Assembly (NCBI GenBank): GCA_030390025.1
Contig: CM059432.1
Span: 79,982,001 to 80,046,000 of the forward strand
DNA: 64,000 bases
Source: Squalus acanthias
Taxonomy: Eukaryota
Direction of reading: 5' to 3'
In this document: in pieces, positions 12,227 through 24,949 of the stretch
Layout: the number at the start of each line of letters is the position of its first letter
Position numbering within the stretch: position 1 is the first letter of the stretch
Translations under genes and position numbers: made by a program
The notes under the pieces: generated by a model
What the model saw: the letters and a program-made list of their open reading frames with translations, nothing else
Database searches by the model: none
What the model was told of the DNA's origin: nothing

Positions 12227-12683
12227 AGCTAAAGTATAGACTGTACATGTACTGCATGTTCCAATGACCTGTGTACTTAATCTCTGCCAATCAATTCAAT
12301 TAAATAGCACTAATTTTTTTCTTTATTTGAATGTTCTCAAAGTTGTAGTGGACTCAAATTTAATGGTCTTAATTTATTTAATGTTGACCATCTTCCCCAA
12401 TTCTTCAATGCAGCAGAGTTATGGTTTTGCTGGCCTCCGACTCTGACATGTATCTACAGCATAAAAGGGAACTGCAGTACTTCTTTACAGTTGTACAAGA
12501 TCAGTGTCATATACATCAAAACAAGTTGCATGTTTACACTAAAATTAGTAACTTGACGGGTCAGTGTTGATTTCCCCTCTAACATACAAATATATATTGC
12601 ACATTCCTCGTGACTATCAACCCATTCAGAAGCAGAGTCTTAAGTAAATATGGATCTGATTATACAGGATAAAAAAAGACCTG

Positions 12684-13527
12684 GGGCTGGATTTTACTTA
12701 CCGAGACGAGTTTGGGGCGGGACTGCTGCCTGCCGGGTTCTCGTCCCGCCCCCAGCGACGTCTGACGAACAGACACTATTTTGCCCTGATTGGCCTTGTT
12801 AAGCCCGCCCTGCGGGCTTGCCGGCCGATTAAGGGAAAGCCGGTGTCAGATGACGTCAGTTGATGACGCTTCATCTGCCGGTTTTCTTAAAGGCATATGC
12901 ACCATACTTGTTTGACAGATGAATTGTCAGCGTTTGACAGCATTGAGGTGCTGTCAAACACTCGCAATCACTGTACACAGGTGAGCCCTTGTACGCAGGC
13001 TCTCCAATTACTCTCTCCTTAGGATAAAACAGATGGCAGCTACAGCTGAGATTGCAGAAGCCATCGGTCACTTCTCCCGATGAGATGAGGCGACACAAAC
13101 ACTTCACAGCTTGTCACCTGCAGAAACATCTAACCACATTAAAAATTACTTTCACAACATTACCTTACCTCTGATACTAACCATTGTCCCATTGCATCCT
13201 TCACACCACTTCTGCAGCTGTCATTCAAACACCAACATAACAGACCCACAGCACACCTCACTTACCCTGGCAGGGTTCCCCGACGTCGGGAAGCCCGCAG
13301 CAGCAGTCGAAAAATTGGGAAAAGCCTCTCAACTGCCTGTTAACTACCTGTTAACAGGCAGTTAAGTGGCTACAATCCTCTTCCCTGCGCAAATCAGAGA
13401 CCCGACTCCCAGGAAGATTGGTTGGAGGTGGGTTGGGAGCAGGTTCGGGACCTGCTCACATTCTTTTTGACTTTCCCAGCAGTCCCGCCTCCAAACCCGC
13501 CTCCTCAGGGCTGGTAAAATCCAGCCC
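12684..13527. mobile_element. Harbinger-like non-autonomous DNA transposon (family C)
   Basis: Perfect 14-bp TIR gggctggattttac / gtaaaatccagccc; flanks ctg/cta (imperfect 3-bp TSD). Confidence 0.75.
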
Positions 13528-13837
13528 CTAGACATTGGAGAACAACCAACCAAGGTGCCCACCCCTACTAGAAAGTACACTTATGGGTGAAGAAAAAGAT
13601 TGAGCTTAGCTACAACGCCCTCCCACCATGGTTGAATTGCTTGCCACCACTCATTACTGATATTAGACAAAGAATGAAGTACTGAAGGATTATTGGTAGC
13701 TGTAGAGCTGTTTTAGGTTTTATTTTGAATCTTTGACATCTGCTATTTCTGGTTCATAGCTGATTCTTTTCAGTTGTGAAAAAGACGCTGGGGCAGAATT
13801 TGCAGTCGGTACTGCAAAGTCCGGACCCTTGTAACTA

Positions 13838-13897
13838 ACCTACATTACAACAGTGACTACACTTCAAAAGTACTTAATTGGCTATAAAACGCTCTGG
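13838..13897 (+). mobile_element. Short SINE remnant resembling the 3' region of DeuSINEs (AmnSINE1/SacSINE1 type)
   Basis: tacattacaacagtgactacacttcaaaagtacttaattggct; family assignment from recall. Confidence 0.45.
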
Positions 13898-13899
13898 CA

Positions 13900-14289
13900 C
13901 TGAAATTTAACTTTTACAAGCATGGAGTCTCATTTCTTCAGTTTTTAAATATTGTTGGAGATTTTTTTTTAATGTAATTGTTTAAAACTTTTTTTGTCTC
14001 TTTTCTTTCTTTCCCTGATTTGACATTGAATTCACTATTCTAACTTACACATCCTTGTTCTGACTCTGCGCTGCTCATTAACGATTCTTCAATCTGATTG
14101 GTTAAGGAGATACACAGTTGCTTTCCTTCTCCACACAGGTCCCAGATGCCCTGTACAGGGCACTACCCTATTTGAATTTTTGCCTGACAGCAACTAGCCA
14201 TGCAAAACCCCATAGAAAGTCAATGGGCAAGTGCAAGTCCAACGAATGGTTAGCGCTATTCGTTCACCGCTCACAGCAAAATCTGGCCC
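13900..14289. mobile_element. Partial Harbinger-like MITE (family B), right TIR only
   Basis: Shares ctgatttgac, ttggttaaggag and ggtcccagatgccc blocks with 5509-6235; ends in aaaatctggccc. Confidence 0.65.
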
Positions 14290-16081
14290 ATTACATAAAA
14301 TTAATTGCCTTTACGTATGAGTTATTCAGTTCACGGTTAATCACTTTTGCAAAAGATTATGAGCAGAAATTCAAAGATTTTCTACAGTGCCAAAAATACA
14401 CTATAATGACATTAATTTATTTCAATAGTGATTAATTACATGTTAATACGCAAAATGTCCAGGATTCCTACAATATATACTTAGCTATCTGGAGCTGAAC
14501 TGCAACATTAAGTAAACAAAATTGCCAAATGTCTAGTTTGAATAATAAAGCTGTTCTTTACAATGATATCAAAAAAGCTAACATGCAAGTTTAAAAAGTA
14601 AATCTTTGCAATAGCTAGGAAGCCCACCTACAGCCACTTCGGGAATTTTCAGCTGTTTAGCACCTCGACAGTTAAGTTTGGCTTTAGTCGATGGATTAAA
14701 ATCATTAACATTGGAAAAACATTTTTTTTTTAAAGCACAAAAGAAAAGATTATCGCCCACCCTTGCAGAGACATTTTGCTCTAACAAGATCTAAGTAAGC
14801 ATTTTTACAATTTGAAGCAAGTCTAAATAACTAAAGTAAAATTATCTGAGTAATCCTTAGCTCAGCAATATATTCACCCAGAGCTGTGAGGATAAATCTA
14901 TTTACATTGATGAATCCAGGAAATAGGTGCCCACAGACTAATTAGATTGTGAGCAGTCAGTCATTCATTCCCAGCACTGGTACAGTACTAAAAGGCACAT
15001 TAATCGTTTACATAGTGTTTCATACTGATGCATAATACATAGCATCAGCATAGACAGTAATTATACAATGCAGCCATCAAAACTTAGTTTATCTTTCTGA
15101 CATACGTGCAAATGTTTACATGGCCAGAGACAGTCCAAGCTATTTCAACTTTCACAAGAACTCTTTGTAACGGTCCAGTCTTTTGCTGGGTTTGCATAAA
15201 ACTTGCTAATATAACCCTCAACCCACACAGTATTTTTTGATTATATCTATATGGAACATTGTGCAATTATGATAGAAGTAGAAAACAGACCTTTTGAAGT
15301 TTATGAGAAAAGCAATCTTTTAAGGTTCTGAAGGATTGGTATCCTCAAATGACAACAGTAAGACTACAAACATCTCTTAAAGGAATGTGCCTTCTAGCTT
15401 AAAACTGTATATGCGTGCACACCAGGATTAGAATGTCACTGTAACTTAAGAAAAACTAAGCATGGTATTTTACTTGCTAACACACAAGCATAATCAGCAT
15501 AGTATAAACCATATTGTATGAATGCAACAGTTGGCTGAACGATAAAGATTTTACCCATACAGCTACCTCAGAGTTTCCACATGTTAGCCCAGATTCTGTT
15601 GCCTGTCATAAAACCATTTGCTAAATATGCCAGATTTTGGATCCTGCTTGTCTATATTCCTTTCTGTGCAAACTTTAAATAGTACTGTCACATGTTGTTA
15701 TTAATGATAGAGCATGATTATACAAGTTTGGTAAAAAAGACTGGAGTAAGAGTTTACAAAGGAACTGAATGATGAGACTGATAACCTCACAAGGCATTAT
15801 ATTGTAACTGCACATGGGTACTCATTATGTTACTGCTGATGAGAGTTGGAGATTCTATTGCATTAATCCTTCATATTTGTCCAAACTATTCTTTTCTAAT
15901 CTAAAATGTAATACAAGTAACCCACTGGTAAAAAAATATATTTGTGAAGTACAACCTGAACTAAATAAAACAGTTAAAAATTAGTTGAAGAAATATTTCA
16001 ATAGTTTTTTATTTCAAAATGGTATGTTCTCTATTAGCACCTTATTCATGAACCTAACTTATTTCTGTCCTCTGCACTTAC

Positions 16082-16215
16082 TTTGGATCTGGAGGACCAT
16101 CAGAAAGCGGCTTCATGGAAAGTTTACATAATGATCTAAAGACCAGAAAAGCATCCTTCTGCAGAATGTGAGAGAACTTAGCACTAGAAGGACCTCCTGG
16201 AGTGATTCCACATTC
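16082..16215 (-). CDS. ARFGEF1: ARFGEF1 exon 9 (134 nt, [45 protein letters not shown])
   Basis: Start of the HUS region, near-identical to BIG1; tgtag acceptor, gtaagt donor. Confidence 0.97.
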
Positions 16216-16403
16216 CTACAAATAAAGCAAAATCATTACAATGTTATACCATTTGTTTAGCATGTCATTGCTGCTTCACAGCTTCATAAATACATTGTTA
16301 TTAAATGTCTTGAGAAGGAAAGTTTGGGGAATACTTTCTGTAGAAAAGTTCCACACACTCCAACTATCATTAATAAATCACAACATCTACTATTAGAAGA
16401 TAT

Positions 16404-17093
16404 CATAAGAACATAAGAAATAGGAGCAGGAGTAGGCCAATCGGCCCCTCGAGCCTGCTCCGCCATTCAATAAGATCATGGCTGATCTGATCCTAACCTC
16501 AAATCTAAAGAACACAAGAAGTAGGAGCAGGACCCGGCCACTCAGCCCCTGGGCCCACTCCGCCACCCACAGGGCCTTGACCGATCCTAACTCAGCCTCA
16601 TGTCCAATTTCCTGCCCGCTCACCGTAACCCCTAATTCCCTTTACTTCTAGGAAACTGTCTATTTCTGTTTTAAATTTATTTAATGATGTAGCTTCCACA
16701 GCTTCCTGGGGCAGCAAATTCCACAGACCTACTACCCTCTGAGTGAAGAAGTTTCTCCTCATCTCAGTTTTGAAAGAGCAGCCCCTTATTCTAAGATTAT
16801 GCCCCCTAGTTCTAGTTTCACCCATCCTTGGGAACATCCTTACCGCATCCACCCAATCAAGCCCCTTCACAATCTTATATGTTTCAATAAGATCGCCTCT
16901 CATTCTTCTGAACTCCAATGAGTAGAGTCCCAATCTACTCAACCTCTCCTCATATGTCCACCCCCTCATCCCCGGGATTAACCGAGTGAACCTTCTTTGT
17001 ACTGCCTCGAGAGCAAGTATGTCTTTTCTTAAGTATGGACACCAAAACTGTATGCAGTATTCCAGGTGCGGTCTCACCAATACCTTATATAAC
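16404..17093 (-). mobile_element. CR1-type LINE 3' end with an intact C-terminal frame and a doubled 3' UTR module
   Basis: ORF 16598..17080 (160 aa) is uninterrupted; ttcttatg tail at about 16404-16420. Confidence 0.92.
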
Positions 17094-18409
17094 CTTTGTT
17101 ATTGTACATGCACGTGAAGATCTTGCTGTGACACCAATGAAGCATTTTGTCTGAAGTATGCATCATTGGCTTCCTTTCTTTCATTTGGGGGTCAAAACCA
17201 AGTTAAGACAGAGGAATAAATCTCTGGTTGCGATGAGTCAGGTACTGGATACACGGTTGATGCAGCTACAAGTAGCTGTTATGAAGCTAATGGAGCAGCA
17301 GCTACTTGTAGCACATCACCTGTGGATTAACCACCCAATGCATGTTAATATGTTTAAATGGTCAAACTGTTCGATTCACATCTACTAACTCAAAGAAGGC
17401 CCAGGCCTGGCCCCAAATATGCCTATCTTTGAATATTGCAAATAGCTGCCAATCTGATGTAGTTAATAGTGATTCAGGTTTAATGGGCTTTGTTCAAATA
17501 CATCTTCAGAAAACGGGTTATGGGTATAATTGTTTGATTTTATCTCAGTTGGTAGTCAGTCAGGGAGTTTAAAGCCAGCAAGAGACGGAGCTAGATCTGG
17601 CTCTGTCATAGAGATTTTCCACATAAGAAGTGAGCAACTGTGTTTCAAGGATCAATTTTATGTTAGAAGACACCACGGGAGAAGAGTCTTTGTAATTTTA
17701 ACATTTCAAGGAAGATGGTAAAGTTTGTAAATCACTGTAATGAGTAAATTAGTACTGTTCATTTACCTGTTTAATGTTAAATAAAATTTGTCTGTTGATT
17801 TATAGCCTGATCCTTGGGTTGACAGAGTGTATATTCATCTGCCTACTGAAGACGAGGACGCCATATGGCAGCATGTTATATATTCTAGTAAGCAGTAATA
17901 CAGTGACAAGTGTTCTCTGTTCAATCACTAGGTCTCGCTACATTTATCTAGATACCAAGCAGATAAAGATGCACTTGATTTGTAGAGAATGCTGAAGTCT
18001 GCTTAAAGGGCTGAACCCAAGTATAGATAATGTAAAAATCTCAACTCATAATCCCAAACTTGCATCTTCATTTCTCCACCTCCCCACGACTCTAGTAATC
18101 CGCTTGTGCCTCAGAGCAGCTCGACAGATTTTTATGCAAACTAGAGTTTAGAATGGGCATCGGTCTGATTCAGGATGGGAAACATATACAGTGAAATTCA
18201 AAAGAATATTTTATTTCATCTATAGTGAACTTGATTTTAAAAATGATATACTGTTACAGTTAGTTAATGTTTACAACTAAGTATGCAAAACTATTACCAA
18301 ATTTATACTTGAAGTATGATTCAATTCGGGGCTTTTTCTTCAGCTCCAATAATGTAATTAAACATATTGATGTCTTGTTGAAACATTTAGTATGACTGCA
18401 CATTTGACA

Positions 18410-18565
18410 CATTGAAGGGGAGGCTTGATGCATACATGAGGCAGAAGGGAATAGAGGGATTATGGAGGCAGGATGGGAAGTGGTAATTCGGATGGGAGGG
18501 GGCTCATGTGGAGTATAAACACCGGCATAGACCAGTTGGCCTGTTTCTGTACTGTAGATTCTATA
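18410..18565 (+). mobile_element. Short CR1-type 3' end remnant
   Basis: Similar to the 3' end at 54940-55100 (aaggggaggct..atgagg.agaagggaatagaggg...ggcctgtttctgt). Confidence 0.65.
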
Positions 18566-20428
18566 TAATTCCTGGTACCAAAATTTATTGCAAGCATTTG
18601 TTTATAAATTATCTATTACATCATATGTCTGGCACTTGCCTTCAACAAATTGAGCAGTCTTTATATACTATTCAAAGCCAGCCTTCTTAAACTGGTAGTC
18701 ACAATGAAACATTACTTAATTGGATGCAGCATTCTGACTCATCTATTTTGGTAATTTATAACATACAACACACATTAGCTATTCAGGAATAAAGATAGCT
18801 AAGTGTATTTTTGTATTTCAATGATCTGTTACATGCATACAAATTCAGGTTCACAAACTGACGCTATGTTCCATCTGTAACAAGTCCTTGGAATTGCCTC
18901 AGTCATTATTCTAAATAATCCCCCAAAGTGTTAGCTGACAATATATCTCAGACTTGCCAATACAGTAAATCCAAATGGGTTTTAAAATTGGAAGCTTCTC
19001 AGTTAATTTTAGTAACACATCAACTGATTAGTGATTCAGTTGTGACAGTTGGTGAATTTCTAAAAGCAGAAGTGAATGGGTTTGGGTGCTGGAAAACCAG
19101 ACTGCATGTAGTCGGCATGATGACAGTGACTTTATAAAAATCAGAAAATCTATTTTTTAGCACTGATTTAAAAATGATACTCTATTAATTTAAACTATCA
19201 GAAGGTTTGAGTACAAGAAATTTGCCTGGCTCCAATACAAATTAATACAGAACACTATTCAGGTGTGGGGAAGGAGTAAAGAGGAGAAAGTTTCTTCAAT
19301 ATAAATATCTATAAATATTGCAAAAACATTTGCTTACAATTTTTGTCATCTGAAGAGAAATTCCAGATTTACAATCAGAAAGTAGCGCAGAAGAGATCCA
19401 TCATGACAGGCCATTCAGGCAGAAAAGGGTGCCCTGCTGATGCACTAGTAAGTTCCTCAGCGGGCAGCTTTTATTATGTTGAGCAAGATTCACCTTCTTC
19501 CTAGTCTTGGATGCCAATCCTACCATTCCATTGCAATTAAAAAATTCAGTGCCAGCCATATTATAACCTTCCTCCCCAAGGAACATGCAACAAATTCGGT
19601 CGGGTGTAGAGACCTTGAAATGTGCTTAGCTGATGTTTAAGCGCACCTGGTTACTGAGCACCTACACTGACAAATAGAGATGATCATCCATTTGGGTACT
19701 AGATCCCAGTCCAGAGTTGCTGTTTATTCTCCAAACATGCATCCAACCTGAAACATTGGACCTCCTTAGAAGTGTGGCAAAGCAACAGATAAAAAAATCT
19801 ATTTATAGAAGACACTAAAGGAGCAATATTTTGCTATGAAAATTTTTTCCTCATGCAACAGTATCCCTCCACTCAATATTACTGTTCAAGACTTCTGCAA
19901 CAAACCTCACCACCGATAATCAAAGGAGAGGGTTTCTAGCACAGTTCCCAGTCAAAGTAAATATACAATCTGGCTCAAATTCAGATCCTTTTCTTGTATT
20001 ACAATACTGTAGCTTCCATGAATCTGGGAGGATCAGCAACACATTATAAAAAATAATTGATTATTAATGAACAGTTTCATAGTTCTTTTATGGCCATGAT
20101 AAACTCAAAATGTGTGCACATATTAAAATTTTCAAACACTTAACTTCAGCTTTCAAAACAAATACAAAAGTCCACTTCAAAATGTTTATATTATTTGTCT
20201 AAATAAAAGAATCATTTAATAGCACTATGTACAATTTCACTTTAAATAATTTGTTTACTACTGTCCAAGTTCCTCAGTCAAATTGTACACACAGATTTTA
20301 CCATTGGGTTTATTTGTTTTAACACCCAACAAAAACCTGCCCCCACATATCAATTGAAAAGGGATACAGTAACTTCATATGAAAAGTATTATAAGAAGGG
20401 GTAAATCTAATCTCTTATTTGGCATCAC

Positions 20429-20616
20429 CTGAGTGTCGCTGGACGAAACTGACAATCTGTCATCAGGCAGTGATGGGGTATATGACACGGAGATTGGAGT
20501 CCCTGGAATTCCATTAGAATGAACGTTGTCTGTGTCATTGACTACTAGAGTATCATCTTCTAGGGTGCCAGTAGTACTTTCAGAACAACCATTCCCACCT
20601 GGCTTCTCTTCTGAAT
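20429..20616 (-). CDS. ARFGEF1: ARFGEF1 exon 8 (188 nt, [15 protein letters not shown]...[29 protein letters not shown])
   Basis: BIG1-like [25 protein letters not shown] motif; ttctag acceptor, gtgatg donor, phase 1/0. Confidence 0.94.
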
Positions 20617-22708
20617 CTAGAAGATAGCATTTCAGTTAAACACTTCACAATACTAGACTGTTCAAAAACTGGACACCACTTTGAAGAAAAGGCATGTCAG
20701 TAAAATTTAACAATTGAGGAATAACAGTTATAAACTAACTTACTATATGGTACTAAATTACTAACAACGTACATTTAATTTCAAAAATCGGACATACATA
20801 AAAAATAAGATTTCAAACATCCTAAAATAGTGATAAGTAATTTAAAGCAATTCTAAATATTGCCGGTAACTACAAATAGACTTCCAAAAATAATCAATAA
20901 ACTAAAATCTAACAAATAGTCAAGTACAGCAACCACAAGTTCATGGTTTGAAGGTACTGGGCTGCCGCCTATCACTCAAATCTGTGGACGAGTTTCAGGC
21001 TCAGATTGTTTTTTTTAATATCTTTTTTGAAGGAGGGGTAGGAAAAACTGGCACTGCCTCACCCACCTTCAATTGCACTTTTTACTGGCCAATCACAGCA
21101 GCACTGAGGATGGTAGTGGGGAGGTCCACAGCCCACATCGTCCCATCCTCCCAGATGCGTGGTAGGGAGAGGTCCTTTAAAAGGGAGGAAGAAAACAGGG
21201 GGAAAATCAAAAATAAAATAAACAGAAATTATTTGGCAAAATATTATGACTGAAATCCTTTCTTTACCTAGGACAACAACTCTCCATCAGTCACCGAAAA
21301 TTGCAGCTCAAAAACATATGTTCCTAAAATCCACATGGATAAAACTGGTTACAAAGCTACTCCCTTGCTCCAAAAACAAAGTTGTGTTGACATTTCAGTC
21401 TCAACTTGCACTGTCTAGAAACATGACTGAGGCAATAACCACATTACAGCCAAGCTGTAACTTACAAGGCTTCATCAGAACAAAGTGAAGGCATTTTGAA
21501 GCCTGTGACATCAAAAGTTTCCTGCTAGTAAGCAAGAAATTTTTGCTGCCTAAGGTCCCTTTCTGCAGATACAGCATCCTCTTCAGTAATAGTAGATATA
21601 GTGGAAGACAGATCTAATTTCACAGTGAAAGTCACACTTATGAAACTGGTTGCAGTAATGTAAAATTTCAGCTGATGATCCATCCACTGCCATACTTGCT
21701 GATTCACTATATCACGCAACTTGGACTACATTATGAACAATTTAACAAGGGCAACCTCTTCGCTGCAAGAAAATGACATTATAATAACGGCTTTAAAAGC
21801 ACCTGCTGTCAGCTGCTACAAATTTAAATTGGGTTTTGACGTATACACGCTCCAGCATTTGTATTGCCAAAAACATAGCACCTGCAAACAAGCACAAATG
21901 TCACTGCATCTGAGCTCCATCTCCCACTGAAATCAATGGTGACTAGATATTGCATCATACTGTTGGCTTGAAGTATCAGCGCAGCTTTGCACTTCAGAAA
22001 ATGGCAGCTATAAGGAACAGCGCAAACTATTGGATACTGGCATCACAGAACACATGGTATAGCCTAAAATGGCTAAAAAATTTCCATTTCAAAATAAACT
22101 TGATAAGGTAAATGACCATCTTCAAATGCAATCATGTCTGTAAATTATTTTCTTAAAATAAACCATTACAATTTGAGCTATTTAATTAATTAAATTTAAT
22201 AAAGACTGATCTGCACTTGTATAAAAAAAGTATGACGTCATCTTCAGTTGTTTTTCTTAAAGTTAATTCTATAAATTGACTCTCCCAATCTAAATGTATT
22301 TTAAATGTTTTTAGGAGTATTCTAAGCTTCCTGGTGGATCAGTGAATAAATGCGCATGGTGCGCTACTGAAGCGAATAGACCAGGAGGTCCCAGGTTTAA
22401 TCCATTGGTTTTTCTATATTTGCTCATTGGTGCCTTGCAAATTAAAAGATAAATATCATCGCATTAGTTTCACAGTGGAAAAGAATACTATCTTTAAAAC
22501 CAACAGAAGTCAAAAAGTAAAATATTTTAACATAAATATGAATTATTACATGCAGTAATTTCAATACATTATATATTAATGGTTATTTATTTTCATCACC
22601 CAAAACTCATAAGACTCCAGTCAACTCTCCAAACATGGTAGAAAATGTGACAAAGAGTAAATCATTTATGCTGCAAAAACACATGTCTTCAAACATCAGA
22701 TATACTGT

Positions 22709-22828
22709 ACGATAGCAAAATACTGCGGATGCTGGAAATCCGAAATAACAACAGAAAACGCTGGAAAAACTCAGCAGGCCAGGCAGCATCCGTGGAGAGA
22801 GAAAGAGAGTTAACGTTTCAGGTCGATG
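22709..22828 (-). mobile_element. Truncated Penelope-like terminal repeat with a 14-bp TSD
   Basis: Near-identical to 3339-3456; TSD atcagata(t/c)actgt at 22695-22708 and 22829-22842; truncated within hammerhead stem II. Confidence 0.8.
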
Positions 22829-23330
22829 ATCAGATACACTGTCTTCATTATAACTTGCCTTTCTCACCGTTACATCACAGCAGTTTTCAATACTACCAAA
22901 TAATCCTACGTTACATCATTACCGGATATTTCTGTGTAATGTCAGTCATATCAAATTCTTTGCCTGCCCTAGATTTTAAATTTGCTGATAACAAATGTAA
23001 TTTTCCTGCTACAGTATTACAATTATTGCATTGATCAAACTTTCCTGATTACCTAATTGTCATCTGATGCCAATTTGTTTTACTAGAGATGTAAAATGTA
23101 CAGTCAATTATAAAAAAATGTTTAAAAAGAATCTATACACAAGCAATCAATGCCATTAACTTTTTAACTCTACCATCCAAATTGCAACTTATACTGGCAG
23201 AAAGGGGAAAAATTACCTTGTGAGACTAAGTCATCAAAGAAAACCAAGGAGAAACAAAAATGTCATGAGGACTTACACATGTACAACAAAAACATGAAAA
23301 TAAATTAACAGATGAAAATGAATACACTAC

Positions 23331-23444
23331 CTCCAACAACAGTGGTCACCAACTCTTGTAGAATGTTCTGTACAATTCCATGTACATTATCCTCAAATTC
23401 AAGACCCTCCCCATGACTGCTGCCTGCAATCCCTTTTGCAAAAC
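23331..23444 (-). CDS. ARFGEF1: ARFGEF1 exon 7 (114 nt, SFAKGIAGSSHGEGLEFEDNVHGIVQNILQELVTTVVG)
   Basis: C-terminal half matches BIG1 IVQNIVEEMVNIVVG; donor G|gtagtg; phase 1/1. The AAG acceptor is less certain; an in-frame alternative CAG would start the exon at 23423. Confidence 0.85.
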
Positions 23445-23907
23445 CTTGTATAAGGACAGAATATAAAATGCTCAGAACAAATCAGCCAGCCAGGAATAAA
23501 TTAACAAAATAAAAGCAAGCATGGATAAAACAAGCCCTGACTTTGTCTCAAATAAAGGAAGATGCAGCTTTGAGGATGATTCTTCCGATGTGAAACCTTA
23601 GTACTGTTTGAATTTTATTTGCATATGCCTTCAGAAATATAATATTATGACATTAATATAAACCATCAATACTCATTTTGTTACATGGAATTACATTGTT
23701 ACATTGGTTTGTCAAAACCAGGTGTTTAATATCTATGTATCTGCAGTGCCTTTGAAGAAAATCTGTATAGGCGTATTCCTCCATGTCTTATAACATCATT
23801 TTATATACAAGTCCTTTCACTAAGAGTTGAATTTGTTTCTTCTTTGGTTACTTAATTACACAATGGGCCATATGATGAGTTAAATTATCTCTATTCAGCC
23901 AAACAAT

Positions 23908-24662
23908 GGCCCGGATTTTTCTATCATTGGCAAATGAACGGCGCTCACCATTCATTACGCTTACAGCTGCCCACAGACTTTTAGTGGGATTTTGCGTGGC
24001 AACTTACGGTCATTGGGAGTCCGATACAGCGCAGCGCCTTCTACACGGTATCTGGGACCTGTGTCAGCAGAGCAAGCAACAACGTGTCTCTTCAACCTAT
24101 CATATTGAAGGATCCTTACTGAGACATGCAGAGTTTAAACCAGGAAGTGCAAGTTAGAATATTTAATTCAATGTAAAATCATGTATCGAAAGAAAAATAG
24201 AGGGAAAGGAAGATGGGATTAAGAGAGAGAGATATAAAAGAGACAGAAAGAAAATTTTACTTTATTTAAAATCTCCAATAATAATTAAAATCTGAAGGAA
24301 TGAAACTCTACACTGGTAAAAGTAAATTTTCAGTGCCAGACAGATTGGTAATTAAGACTTAGCACGCCATTAAAAATTCACTTACACTTGAATGGACAAG
24401 CCCTAACTTTTTCTGGCGTAATTAGTGGCTATCTAGTGGGCAAGTACCGCAACTTTACACCCTTCATGTGTTTGAATGCTGAAAATCTCGGCAAGGTACG
24501 GGGTAGCAAAGCTCGTGGAGGAGCAGGGAAAATCGGACAGCAACTTCCTGATTTCTACGTTTAACTGCACATGTGCGACACCAGAGGTTGCTGTCCGATT
24601 TACTCCTTAATAATGATGAGCACCGATAGCCTCACCGCTATTCCTACCACAAAATCCGGGCC
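23908..24662. mobile_element. Harbinger-like MITE (family B, reverse orientation)
   Basis: Perfect TIR ggcccggatttt / aaaatccgggcc; the left end is reverse-complementary to the right end of 13900-14289; TSD not matched. Confidence 0.72.
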
Positions 24663-24949
24663 AGAGCGTTTCAATACAAACTTCACATGCCACCAGTATA
24701 TCTCCCTTTCTAGACTGCAAACAAAAGCTTAATATGTGGAGCCTTTGTAGGTGCAAGTGAACAATATATACATGAGAAGCACAAGACAAATGGACATCTC
24801 CATTATAAAGTCTCAGTAGTACAAGCAACAAGATAATTGACTAGCCATTTGCTGGTCTTCCTGCCTTGAAAGCCCCAGGAAAAAAAATGTCCAGTAGAGT
24901 GGCTGCCTCAACATGAACAAAAGGCCCATATTAAACAACTTTTACAAAA

